Below are positions 53,082 to 62,812 of a DNA stretch of 64,000 nucleotides, one piece after another. The DNA comes from Pirellulales bacterium (GTDB lineage: Bacteria > Planctomycetota > Planctomycetia > Pirellulales > JADZDJ01): assembly GCA_963773925.1 (NCBI GenBank), contig CAVZDC010000001.1, positions 248,167 through 312,166 of the forward strand, in the 5' to 3' direction. The translations under genes were made by a program, and so were the position numbers. Each line of letters opens with the position of its first letter. Position 1 is the stretch's first letter. Under the pieces are notes generated by a model. The model saw nothing but the letters and a program-made list of their open reading frames with translations. It was not told where the DNA came from and made no database searches.

Positions 53082-53167
53082 GGTGAGTAAGGGAGTAAGT
53101 GAGTTGGTAAATTGGCGCATTGGAGTATGCCGTAATCTCTTACGTACTCACCTACTCACGTACTCAC
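53082..53167 (+). terminator. hairpin with GTGAGTAA tandem-unit arms downstream of the FHA gene
   Basis: Left arm ggtgagtaagggagtaagtgagttggtaa. Right arm ttacgtactcacctactcacgtactcac. By hand, about 24 of 28 positions are complementary. Confidence 0.55.
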
Positions 53168-53176
53168 AGCTTGCCC

Positions 53177-53534
53177 ATGCTGCTGTTCAAGAAGAAATTT
53201 CTGGACGCAATTCGCCAAGGGACAGAAAACGCAAACCGTTCGCCTGTGGAAATGGCGCAAAGATGAAGCCGGGGCAGCGCAGCTACATTCCCGGCGCCGG
53301 CTACATCCAGATTCGGCGAGTCGATGAAGTGGCGCTGGAAAGATTGACCGACGACGATGCCCGGCTGGACGGTTTCGAATCCGCCGCCGCGCTGCGACAA
53401 GAAATCCAGCAGCTTTATCCGCGGCAATTGGCCGCCGGCTATCGGGCCTTCCGCATCCGCTTCACCCTGCTGCCCCGGACGTGCAGCGCGAAATGCGATC
53501 GGCGAAGCATCAAGCCAAAGCCAGGCAAGCATAG
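53177..53534 (+). CDS. ASCH domain protein (about three frameshifts; 3' end uncertain)
   Basis: MLLFKKKFLDAIRQG/QKTQTVRLWKWRK/MKPGQRSYIPGAGYIQIRRVDEVALERLTDDDARLDGFESAAALRQEIQQLYP.... Confidence 0.55.
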
Positions 53535-53551
53535 GCCCGCAATCGGCAGCT

Positions 53552-54800
53552 TCAAATGCCTTCCGGGTACGCCACTTCGCCGTGCAGCGATTGATCCAGC
53601 CCAGCAGTTTCTCCTGCTTCATCCACATTGACCACGGTGATCCAGTCGATCAGCCAGAGCATCACGTAGGTGAAAATAAACGCCCAGGCTGACGAAATCG
53701 CGACTGCGGCGAGCTGGATCAGGAAGAAATGCGTATTGCCGCGCAGCAGGCCATCGACGCCCGCGGGATTGAATTCCGTGGTGGCAAAATCCCGCACAGC
53801 ACGATTCCCAGGAATCCGCCCACGCCGTGCACGCCCCACACATCCAGCGCGTCGTCCCAGCGGAGCTTGTTCTTCAGAGTCACCGCATAGAAGCACACTA
53901 CGCCGGCAATAATGCCGATCAGGCAGGCGGTGGCGGGCGAAACATAACCTGCCGCCGGCGTAATTGTTGCCAATCCGGCAACGGCGCCGGTCAGCAATCC
54001 CGAGAAATCTCGGCTTTCTTGAGGTCATCCAGTCCACGGCCAGCCACGCCATGGCGGCAAAACTGGCGGCGATGTCGGTATTCAAAAAGGCCACCGCGGT
54101 GACCGAATCGACCTTGAATTCGCTGCCCGCGTTGAAGCCGTACCAACCGAACCACAACAGCCCGGTGCCCAGCGCCACCAAGGGAACGGAGTGGGGGCCG
54201 GTATCGGCGACCTTTCGTCTGCCGACATAAATGACCGACGCTAACGCCGCTATGCCGGCAATGTTGTGCACCACGATGCCGCCGGCGAAATCCTTCACTC
54301 CCCAGCTCGACAAAATACCGCCGCCCCACACCATGTGCACGAACGGAAAATACACAAAAATCAACCAGGCGGTCAGGAACAACATGTAGGCCTTGAACGT
54401 CACCCGATTCGTAAACGCTCCCGTGATCAAGGCCGGCGTGATGATGGCGAACATCATCTGATAGCCGCAGAACACAATCATCGGGAATCGTGGGATTTCC
54501 CAAGGCCGGGGTGTCCAACGTAATTCCCCTAAGGAACGCCCAATTGAAATTGCCGATGATGCCCGCGAAGTCGGTGCCGCTTTTCATGTCGCCGCTAAAG
54601 CACAGCGAAAAACCAAACAGCCACCAGATGACGGTCGTCCAGCCCATCGATACGAAGCTTTGAATCATGATGGCCAGCACGTTTTTCCGGCTCACCAGCC
54701 CGCCGTAGAAAAACGCCAGCCCCGGCGTCATGAGCATCACCAGGCTGGAGCACAAAAGCATGAAGCCAGTATTGCCGGTATCGATGTTCAGCGTGGGCAT
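53552..54800 (-). CDS. amtB: ammonium transporter (three frameshifts, near 54490, 54000 and 53790)
   Basis: MPTLNIDTGNTGFMLLCSSLVMLMTPGLAFFYGGLV.../MIVFCGYQMMFAIITPALITGA...DFAGGIVVHNIAGIAALA.../LLTGAVAGLATITPAAGYV...WGVHGVGGFLG.../FATTEFNPAGVDGLL.... Confidence 0.85.
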
Positions 54801-54973
54801 AGAGAATTCCCTTTAAGAAAAACCGGTATCGGAACGAACGGAGAGAAGCCGCCGCCGGCCGGTTCCGTGGCCCGCCTGGAATCAGGCACATCCGTGCCGA
54901 CAATGTAGCGATTGGCGATAAGAAATGCAAAAACCCGGGCGAAAAGTTTTTGCGTTCACGACCAGCGGGCGGA

Positions 54974-55629
54974 TCACAGCCGCAGCATGTCGAGCAGTTG
55001 CTGCGCCACCGCTTTGGGCGGCACCGCAACAGTTGCACCAGCGGCCAGCCGAGCAACAGCACTCCGGCGGCCAGCAAGGTAAAGCCGCGCGGATTGGGCG
55101 GAACCTCCAGGTTTTCCAACGCCGCGGCCAGCTCGCTGTGCAGCCGCCTCCAGTGCGAAAAACTTTGCTGATCTCCTGTGGCCACCAGCGAAACGCTGCG
55201 CATGGCAGCCGCCGATTCCAAATGAAACTGCACGACGAGCTGGGGCAAATGCACGGCATCGCCCGCCAGGCGTGCATCGCTATCGAGCCGTCGCACGACT
55301 TGTTCCAACACGGGCCAGAGTTGCTTCCGCGTGACGTTGAAAATCACCAGCCGAGGCCGCGCCGTGAGGATATACAACAACACGCACAGAACGTAGAACA
55401 GCGCCAGCAACGCCCAAACGTAAGGGCCGTAGCGAATCGCTCCCGACTCAGGCATGAACAGGTTCAGCGGGCCAACGATGATCATGCCGCTGACGGCCGC
55501 TGCCAGCGAAGCCGCATCGACCGCGCCGCGCAACATCAGCGGCCGCCGCCGCAGATTGATCATCCCCAGGCCCAACAGATAGAACCCCAGCGGAACGCAG
55601 GCGATCGCGAAAGCGGCGGCATTGATCAT
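54974..55629 (-). CDS. hypothetical multi-TM membrane protein (one frameshift near 55030; 3' end inferred)
   Basis: MINAAAFAIACVPLGFYLLGLGMINLRRRPL.... The ORF-track extensions (start 55701, end 54595) overlap the hairpin and amtB and are unlikely to be real. Confidence 0.45.
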
Positions 55630-55704
55630 GGGTGTCTGGTGTCTGGTTGTCTCAAAATTGAGCGTTTCTTTCAGGAACCAGACACCCAGAAACTTAGACA
55701 CCCA
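55629..55704 (-). terminator. hairpin with GGTGTCT tandem-unit arms downstream of the M28 peptidase gene
   Basis: Left arm tgggtgtctggtgtctggttgtctc. Right arm gaaccagacacccagaaacttagacaccca. Several slipped pairing registers are possible. Confidence 0.55.
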
Positions 55705-55708
55705 GTTG

Positions 55709-56756
55709 TCATTTGAGCGACCTCAGCCATTCCTGAATCACCCAGCCCACCTTGGCCAGCGACAAGGCCGAACAGTGCGCAGGGTCGTCGGCCTGGGTGT
55801 GCCACTGCGGATAATTCATGTCGACCAGGTCGCACGTGGGAATGCCGCCGATATTTCGCAATTTGACGTGGTCGTCGGTGATCGAAAATCCGCTGGAGTG
55901 CGGAATGAATTCCTTTACGCCCAGCCGCGCGGCCGTGGACCAAATGTCATCGACCAGCGGCCTGGTATCTTTCCATTCCAAGCTATTTTTATCCTCGGGC
56001 AAATGCATTTCGGCTCCGCCGACCATGTCCAACAGCACTCCCCAGCGATATTTGTACGGGGGCGGTTCGGCGAAATACTGCCGGGCAAATTCTTCCGAAC
56101 CCAGGCAATACGGGATCCCCCTCATAGAGATTGCTCCGATCGCGATACACCAATTCCTCGCCATCCACCAGCAGAAAATCGACGCCGACGGGGCTTTTGA
56201 ACTGCGGCATCGATTTGCCCAATTCCATCAGGATTGCCACGCCGCTGGCCCCGTCGTTGGCGCCGACGAATTTGCCGCGGGGATTATGCGAATCGCGATC
56301 GGGGAACGGCCTTGTATCGTAGTGCGCCACCAACAAAACGCGCTGTTTGCGATCCGGATGCCACTGAGTGAGCAGGTTGGTCATCTGCACCGGATCGCCG
56401 GTCAGCGGATTGCGCGCGCTAAACTCCTGCCGCGTGACGGTCCCCCCAAGCTGCTTGAAATGGTCGATTAGCAGTTTCTGCTGAGCCGCCATGCCGGCCG
56501 AACCGCTATAACGCGGCCCAATCGCGCAAAGTTGCTTGAGATACTCGTAAGCCTGTGCGCCGTTGAACGGGATGTCGCTGAGCCGCAGGCTGCCGCCGGT
56601 CGCCGGAGCGGCTGGTCCGGAATCGTGCCTCAGAACGACCAACGCGCCGACGGAAACTGCCAGCGCCGTGGCCAGTAACAACGATTTGTTCGACAGCCGC
56701 CTCACACCGCTGAGGCGCGCCATCTGCGGCATGGCAGCCGCTTTTGAAATCGACAT
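55709..56756 (-). CDS. M28-family peptidase / glutaminyl-cyclase-like protein (one frameshift near 56120)
   Basis: ...VAHYDTRPFPDRD...GANDGASGVAILMELG...LLVDGEE.../GIPYCLGSEEFA...LLDMVGG...TDDH.... Confidence 0.75.
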
Positions 56757-56821
56757 ATCTGCATTTTACGAAGCGGCGGACGCTGCCGAAAGAGAAATTG
56801 CCGCTATCACCGCATTGGCCT

Positions 56822-56849
56822 TTGACGATTTAACGGCGAATTCTACAAT
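56822..56849 (+). promoter_or_regulatory. sigma70-type promoter candidate TTGACG-N16-TACAAT for the DUF4254-like gene
   Basis: TTGACG at 56822-56827 and TACAAT at 56844-56849. ATG at 56897. Confidence 0.4.
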
Positions 56850-56896
56850 CCTCGCCCCACGTGCCAAACCGCTAGCGGAGCGAATCCTTCACCACC

Positions 56897-57502
56897 ATGA
56901 TCGACGTTCGAGAAATCAGCGCGTTGCATCGCGACACTACCGCCTTGTGGCATCGGCAGGAAATCGACAATGCCTACGCCGATTTTCTGCGACTGGTATG
57001 CGAGCAGCATCGGTATAACTATTTGCTGTGGCACGAGGAAGATATCGCCCGCAGCCCGGACGTGGGCGACGAGCGGATCGCGGCGGTCAAGCGCGCGATC
57101 GACAAATACAACCAACAGCGGAACGATGCGATCGAGCAAATCGACGATTATTTGAAGCGGGAGCGGGAAGCGCGCGGCATCACGGCGCTACCCGGCGCGA
57201 AATTGAACACCGAGACGCCCGGCCAGGCCATCGATCGCCTGTCGATCTTGGCCCTGCGCATCTATCACATGCAGGAGCAACTCCAGCGGCGCGACGTTGA
57301 CGCGGATCATCTGTTAAAGGTGCGCGGCAAGCTGGAGATTTTGCACACGCAACACGACGACCTTTCCGCCGCGCTGGCCGAGCTGTTGGCCGACATCTTC
57401 GCCGGCCGAAAGCAATTGAAACTCTACCGTCAGTTCAAGATGTACAACGATCCTGCGCTGAATCCGTACCTGTATCAAAGCGGCATGCGCAAGGCGGGCT
57501 AG
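56897..57502 (+). CDS. DUF4254-like protein of unknown function
   Basis: Intact 201-aa ORF. ...QHRYNYLLWHEEDIAR...IDRLSILALRIYHM.... The family assignment is from memory of the motif, not from a search. Confidence 0.55.
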   Translation: MIDVREISALHRDTTALWHRQEIDNAYADFLRLVCEQHRYNYLLWHEEDIARSPDVGDERIAAVKRAIDKYNQQRNDAIEQIDDYLKREREARGITALPGAKLNTETPGQAIDRLSILALRIYHMQEQLQRRDVDADHLLKVRGKLEILHTQHDDLSAALAELLADIFAGRKQLKLYRQFKMYNDPALNPYLYQSGMRKAG

Positions 57503-57523
57503 TCGGTATCGCGCTGCCGGCCT

Positions 57524-58156
57524 TCAGGCCACGCGGCGCAGCGGATTGATTCGCTTCAGCCACGCCGACAAACCGTGCCGCCGCGCCGTGGCGCAGGCCG
57601 CCGCTTCGTCCACCACCCAGTTCAATTGCAACACCCGTCGCTGGCCGCTGAACGACTTGTGCCCATGCCAGGCGTTTGGCCCATTGCGGAAGCAAAGCAA
57701 CGTTCCCTGCTCCGGCGGCACCTCGGCGACGAAGTTTTCCAGGTCGTGTGCATTGCGCAGCAATCGCAGCCGGCCGCCTGGTTCTTCCCATGGCTCATTG
57801 AGGTAAATCAGCACCGTGATCAGTTTCGTTTTGCTGTCGGTGTGAATCTTGCCGTCTTTCTTGCGGCAATGCCCGCGGACGGTTAGCGTGGTCGGCCGGT
57901 TGGCCAGATCTATTTCGAATTTTTCGGCAAAGATTGCCCGCATCTCCGGCCCGAGCAATTCCTTCGCGAGCATGTCGAAAGCCGCGCCGTAGGTCAGCGA
58001 CTGCAGCGGGAAACTACCCCCTTGGTCGATGTTCGGATAATCGGCCTGAATCTTGGGCAGGGCGGCCGGCTTGATGAAGCGCGGCACAGTGCAATAGTCA
58101 AATGGTTCGCGCACCAGCGGCGTGCGGCGGAAGGCGTCCCGATCGATCATCGACAT
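57524..58156 (-). CDS. 2OG-Fe(II) oxygenase superfamily protein
   Basis: Intact 210-aa ORF. Facial-triad-like KIHTDSK ... WHGH, with the arrangement of prolyl-hydroxylase-type domains. Confidence 0.6.
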   Translation of the reverse strand: MSMIDRDAFRRTPLVREPFDYCTVPRFIKPAALPKIQADYPNIDQGGSFPLQSLTYGAAFDMLAKELLGPEMRAIFAEKFEIDLANRPTTLTVRGHCRKKDGKIHTDSKTKLITVLIYLNEPWEEPGGRLRLLRNAHDLENFVAEVPPEQGTLLCFRNGPNAWHGHKSFSGQRRVLQLNWVVDEAAACATARRHGLSAWLKRINPLRRVA

Positions 58157-58213
58157 TGGTTTTTCCGTGGGTAAATGAGAATTAACGAAGTGAAAGGGAA
58201 ATATGAAGGACCT

Positions 58214-59272
58214 TCAAGCCGCGGATTGCTCCGGTTTGGCGCCGCGCGACAAAATCGTGTCGCAGGCCTGGCAAACCCGATCAACCTGAATCAGCCGCAT
58301 GGCGAGGTTGTCGGCGGACCGGCGCTCTTTCCGGCCACCTTCTTGATAGCGCACCTGCAATGCAATATTTTGCGGGCCGTAGGGGCCGCAATCTTCGGTG
58401 CGCGTGGCGCCGTACAGCCCCACGCATGGAGTTCCCATCGCCGCGGCCATGTGCAATGGCCCGGTGTCGGAACCGACGAAGAGTCGGGCGGCCTGGCAAA
58501 CGGCAACCAATTCGCGCAGCGACGTAGAGCGCGCCAGCATTGCGTGACCGCCGGAATGCGCCACGATTTCGCGGGCCCAAGCTTGTTCGCGCTCGCCGGC
58601 CCAAACCACCAGCGACGGCAGGCCGTGCTGCGCGCCCAGGTATTTGGCCACCTCGCCGTAGCGCTGCATCACCCAGAGTTTGGAATCCCACGTGGCGCCG
58701 GGATTGATCAAAGCGAAGCCGCGCCGGAACCCGATTTCGCGCAAATATGTATCCATGGCTTCCACCGCGGCGGAATCGATCGGCAACTTAAACTCCGCCC
58801 GTTGCGGGTGAATGTTGAGGGGCGCCAGCAGTTCCAGCGAACGATCGGTGATGTGCGCGCTGCGCGGTTCGATCAGCACGTTGTTCAACAGCGGACTCAA
58901 TTCGCGGCCATGAATACCGCGGCAGCCAATCCGCATTTTCGCGCCGGAAAGCCAGGCGGCCAGCGCGGATTTCGTCATGCCCTGACAATCGATCGACACG
59001 TCGATTCGCAGCGGCCGCAACCGCTTGCGCAATCGCCACCACCCGCGGGGCGACACAAACCAACTGCGCTGGAGCACGATCACTTCATCCACGCACGAAT
59101 GGCCCAGCACCATCGACGATGCCGTGTGCTCCACCACCCAGGCAATGTATGCTTGGGGATACCTCCGGCGAATGGCGCAAGCCACCGGCAGGGTGAGCAC
59201 CGTGTCGCCGATGGCGCTCATGCGGCAGATTAAAACGCGCACGCGTTCAGAGGAAAGCACTGCGGCCTCCAC
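58214..59272 (-). CDS. glycosyltransferase family 9 (heptosyltransferase-like)
   Basis: Intact 352-aa ORF. RVLICRMSAIGDTVLTLPV...INPGATWDSKLW...FVGSDTGPLHMAAAMGTPCVGLYG. Confidence 0.8.
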   Translation of the reverse strand: MEAAVLSSERVRVLICRMSAIGDTVLTLPVACAIRRRYPQAYIAWVVEHTASSMVLGHSCVDEVIVLQRSWFVSPRGWWRLRKRLRPLRIDVSIDCQGMTKSALAAWLSGAKMRIGCRGIHGRELSPLLNNVLIEPRSAHITDRSLELLAPLNIHPQRAEFKLPIDSAAVEAMDTYLREIGFRRGFALINPGATWDSKLWVMQRYGEVAKYLGAQHGLPSLVVWAGEREQAWAREIVAHSGGHAMLARSTSLRELVAVCQAARLFVGSDTGPLHMAAAMGTPCVGLYGATRTEDCGPYGPQNIALQVRYQEGGRKERRSADNLAMRLIQVDRVCQACDTILSRGAKPEQSAA

Positions 59273-59407
59273 GATGGGAATTGCAATCGCAGGGCGCGAT
59301 TCTAGGAACGCTCCATAGCATGGTCCAGGCCAAACGCGGTGCTAGCTAGGCGGTTCCGGAGCGGCAACCTTGCCTTGTCCGCGCGGCACACGATCGCCGA
59401 CAATAAG

Positions 59408-60451
59408 ATGATGATTTCTCAGCCAAGTTTGTTTGCGATCTGGGCTTTGGTGTCCGCCACTTGCGCCGCGGTAAGCTTCGGCGCCGAGCCGCAGATCCGG
59501 CACGGCGAGGTGCGCTTCGAGCCAGTTGCGGATGAGGCTCGTGTCGTGCCGAAGCAGTTCCAGCTTCCGGCCCAAACTTTTTCCTTCGACGAACAATCGC
59601 AGCCCAAGTGGGTGGGCGACGTGACCGTTTCGCTGGTCACGTTCCCCTCGCCGGTGAAAACACCGTATGCCAACAACAACACGGTGCATTGCGAATATTT
59701 CCGCCCCGCGAAACCGGGAAAGTATCCCGCCTGCGTGGTGCTGCACATCTTGGGCGGCGATTTTCCCCTGGCCCGCGTGTTCGCCTACCATCTGGCCCAA
59801 CAAGGCGTGGCGGCCCTGTTCGTGAAGATGCCCTATTACGGCGAACGGCGGCAGCCGGGAGTAAAGATTCGCATGGTGTCGACCAACGCCGAGCAAACCG
59901 TCGATGGATTAACGCAAGGCGTTAAAGACATTCGCTATGCCGCCGCCTGGCTGCGGGCACAAGACGAGGTCGACCCGCAGCAGGTCGGTATTTTCGGCAT
60001 TAGCCTAGGCGGCATCGTGTCGGCGCTGGCGGCCGAGGCCGAACCGCGGTTTACCCGATGCTGCCCCGTATTGGCCGGCGGCGATTTGGGCCAGATCTTG
60101 GCCGACTCGCGGGAAAAACACATCGTCGAAGCCAAGCGTCGTTGGGCCGCCGACGGGCACTCGCTGCCCGAGCTGGTGGACCTGATGAAAACGGTCGATC
60201 CTTGCAACTACGGCACTGCCCTGCAGGCGCGCAAAGTGCTAATGCTCAACGCCAGTCACGACGAAGTGATTCCGCGCCAGTGCACCGAAAGCCTGTGGGA
60301 AGCGATCGGCCGGCCGCCGATTTTCTGGTACGACGCCGGCCATTTCTCCGCGATGCTTTATATCAGCGACGCGCTGGACAAAGTGACGGCCTTCATGGCC
60401 GGCGGAGAAGTTCCAGGAAAGACAGAAGGCAGAATGCAGAACACAGAATGA
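59408..60451 (+). CDS. secreted alpha/beta hydrolase (dienelactone hydrolase / S9-like)
   Basis: Signal MMISQPSLFAIWALVSATCAAVSFG. Nucleophile elbow GISLGG. ...DEVIP...GH. Confidence 0.7.
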   Translation: MMISQPSLFAIWALVSATCAAVSFGAEPQIRHGEVRFEPVADEARVVPKQFQLPAQTFSFDEQSQPKWVGDVTVSLVTFPSPVKTPYANNNTVHCEYFRPAKPGKYPACVVLHILGGDFPLARVFAYHLAQQGVAALFVKMPYYGERRQPGVKIRMVSTNAEQTVDGLTQGVKDIRYAAAWLRAQDEVDPQQVGIFGISLGGIVSALAAEAEPRFTRCCPVLAGGDLGQILADSREKHIVEAKRRWAADGHSLPELVDLMKTVDPCNYGTALQARKVLMLNASHDEVIPRQCTESLWEAIGRPPIFWYDAGHFSAMLYISDALDKVTAFMAGGEVPGKTEGRMQNTE

Positions 60452-60496
60452 ACCAAGGCGACGCCGGTTCTGCCTGCTACTTTCTGCCTTTTCATT
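60418..60496. terminator. hairpin with NNCAGAA heptad arms spanning the stop codons of two convergent genes
   Basis: Left arm gacagaa ggcagaa tgcagaa cacagaa tga (the last hydrolase codons). Right arm ggttctg cctgcta ctttctg ccttttcatt. Nested pairings: aggcagaa/ttctgcct and gcagaac/gttctgc. Confidence 0.5.
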
Positions 60497-61493
60497 GCCA
60501 CTGCCCGAGCGTCACCTGCTTGGTGAGCACTTCGTCGCCGCGGCGGATTTCCAGCTTCACCCGGTCGCCGCCATACCTTTCCGCAACCAGGTCGGTGAAC
60601 TCCTTGAAGTTGTGGATGGGGCGGCCTTCAAAGCTGATGATTTCATCGTCGAGCCGAATGTCGGCGGCCTCGGCTGCCGAGTGCGGCTGCACTTCGTTCA
60701 CGCGACACGGGGTGTCGTCTGCGTGGCCTCCGATGCCCAATAGTGCGCCGTTGCGACGCTCGATTTTGGCGCCCGGCAAAGCGGCGGTCAGCTGTTGTGC
60801 CGCGTCGGCCGAAACGCCGGTGCCATACAGGTCCAGCGCCGAAAGCTGCGAGAGCTGACCGATCGTTTTCACTGCCGCCGCATTCAACCGCAAGCCGTGA
60901 ATGCTCAAACGCTGCAAATCGGGCAGTTGGGCCAACAGGTCAAAATCCGCCGCGTGCCCTTTCCAATCGCGGTTAATCGTCACGGATAGCGTCTGATTGT
61001 CGGTTCCGGGAATTCCGCTTGAAACCTCCGCGCCCAATCGTCGCAGTTGTTCGATCGCATGATCTTGCCGAGTGGAAAGATAGACGGTCAAAGCATCCGA
61101 TGCTAAATTCGCCACGACCGTGGCCTTTTTGGCAGCCAACGATTCCAGCGCGCCGTCGGCCTGCTGTTGTGCCGCGGGATCGTTCGACTCCAACAACGAT
61201 TGCAACACGCTGATGCAGCGATAAGCGACTTCTAAATCTTCCGTTTGTGCCGCTTTGGCGACCGGCTGGATGACCTGCGGGCCGGCCGCAATCAGTTGCT
61301 GCGTGGCCGCTTCGCGCGCCCGATAATCGGCCGAACCAAGTTCGGCAATCCAGCGCGAGGTGTCGGGAGAAGAAATCGCCTGGTGCGAATTTGAATCGAC
61401 TCGAGCAGCGGGCGCGGGCGAAGCGGAATCGTCTCCGCGTGCCGCGGTCGAAGCAAACACCACCAGTGCTAAAATGAACGTGCCGTGTTTCAT
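60492..61493 (-). CDS. secreted protein with HEAT-like N-terminal region, leucine-rich repeats and C-terminal PDZ domain
   Basis: MKHGTFILALVVFASTAARG.... LPDLQRLSIHGLRLNAAAVKTIGQLSQLSALDLYGTGV. PDZ-like ...VQPHSAAEAADIRLDDEIISFEGRPI.... Confidence 0.65.
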   Translation of the reverse strand: MKHGTFILALVVFASTAARGDDSASPAPAARVDSNSHQAISSPDTSRWIAELGSADYRAREAATQQLIAAGPQVIQPVAKAAQTEDLEVAYRCISVLQSLLESNDPAAQQQADGALESLAAKKATVVANLASDALTVYLSTRQDHAIEQLRRLGAEVSSGIPGTDNQTLSVTINRDWKGHAADFDLLAQLPDLQRLSIHGLRLNAAAVKTIGQLSQLSALDLYGTGVSADAAQQLTAALPGAKIERRNGALLGIGGHADDTPCRVNEVQPHSAAEAADIRLDDEIISFEGRPIHNFKEFTDLVAERYGGDRVKLEIRRGDEVLTKQVTLGQWQ

Positions 61494-61719
61494 GCCGATT
61501 GGTGGGCAGGAAACGTTAAATTGGGCGGGTATCAAACGTCGCAGCTAATTATACCACGACTTTGGCGAGAAATCGCTATCAGTTCGATGCGGCGCCGTGG
61601 TCGCAAGCTGACGACCACTTGGAACGCGCAGCCGTCGCCAACTGCGGCCAAGCCCTGGATAGATTCCCTCAGGGCGGTAACATACAAGCTGGCAGCTGTC
61701 GCTTGAAAGGAGCCCACCC

Positions 61720-62802
61720 ATGTCGTCCGTTCCCAACCCGCCTTATCCCGAACGCAATACATCGTCCGACAAACCGCTGCGAGTTGTGCTGCAAGAGCAG
61801 GGCATGTTCGGCCGCTGGGGAAAGCGCATTCCCTGGATTCTGTTCTTCATAGCCCTGGGCTTCGCGCTCAGCTATCGCGGAGCGTACGAACGATACATTC
61901 AGACCAATCCGCGCCTGGAGGAACGATACGTTTCGCATTCGGAAACCGCCCCGCAGAAGGTGGCCATCATCACCATCGAGGGTGCCATCATGCATACCGA
62001 TGGTTTTGCCAAGTGGCAAATCGAACAGGCCCGCAAAGATTCTGACGTGAAGGCGGTGGTGGTGCGGGTCGATTCCCCCGGAGGAACCGTCACCGGCAGC
62101 GATTATCTGTACCACGAGCTGCGCAAACTCCGCGAAGATCGGCACATTCCGCTGGTGGTCAGCATGGGCGGCATCGCGGCCAGCGGTGGCTATTACCTGT
62201 CGATGGCGGCGGGCAACATTCCCGATTCCATTTTCGCGGAGCGCACCACGTGGACCGGATCGATCGGCGTAATTATTCCGCACTTCAACATCGCCGACCT
62301 GTTGGAAAGCTGGAAGATCAAAGACGACTCCATCGCCAGCGGCCCCTTCAAGGAACTCGGCAGCCCCACCCGCAAGCTTTCCCCTGCGCTGGCCGAGCAA
62401 GAACGCAAAATCCTGCAAACTTTGGTGGATCAAACGTTCGACCAATTCAAGGAAGTGGTGGCCGAGGCCCGGCCTCAACTGGCGCACAACAAGGATGCCT
62501 TCGCCAAAGCGACCACCGGCCAGGTGTTTACCGCCAAGCAGGCGCTGGCGCTGGGACTGATCGATAAGCTGGGCTTCCAGGAAGACGCCGTCGATCGGGC
62601 CATCGAAATGGCCGGGCTCGACAAGCAGAACGTGCGCGTCGTGAAATACACAAAGCCGGAAAGCTTGTTAGGCAACGCGCTGTTCGGTACCGACAGCCAA
62701 AGTGCATCGGTTAGCCCCGCCGCCTTGCTCGACCTGACGACGCCTCGCGCGTATTTGCTGTACACGCTGCTGCCGGCGCTGGTGACCAATCAGCCGCACT
62801 AG
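61720..62802 (+). CDS. sppA: signal peptide peptidase SppA (36K type, S49 family)
   Basis: Intact 360-aa ORF. ...VAIITIEGAI...VKAVVVRVDSPGGTVTGS...SMGGIAASGGYYLSMAA.... Confidence 0.85.
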   Translation: MSSVPNPPYPERNTSSDKPLRVVLQEQGMFGRWGKRIPWILFFIALGFALSYRGAYERYIQTNPRLEERYVSHSETAPQKVAIITIEGAIMHTDGFAKWQIEQARKDSDVKAVVVRVDSPGGTVTGSDYLYHELRKLREDRHIPLVVSMGGIAASGGYYLSMAAGNIPDSIFAERTTWTGSIGVIIPHFNIADLLESWKIKDDSIASGPFKELGSPTRKLSPALAEQERKILQTLVDQTFDQFKEVVAEARPQLAHNKDAFAKATTGQVFTAKQALALGLIDKLGFQEDAVDRAIEMAGLDKQNVRVVKYTKPESLLGNALFGTDSQSASVSPAALLDLTTPRAYLLYTLLPALVTNQPH

Positions 62803-62812
62803 GCAAGTGCGA

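Noticed and set aside
58175-59233. 352-aa plus-strand ORF exactly mirroring the GT9 gene. Similar long antisense ORFs occur opposite pntB (17956-18732), the sigma54 activator (26203-26922), the permease (6999-8045) and moxR (63008-63769)
   Set aside because: These are shadow ORFs common in high-GC genomes. The opposite strand carries clear family motifs in each case.
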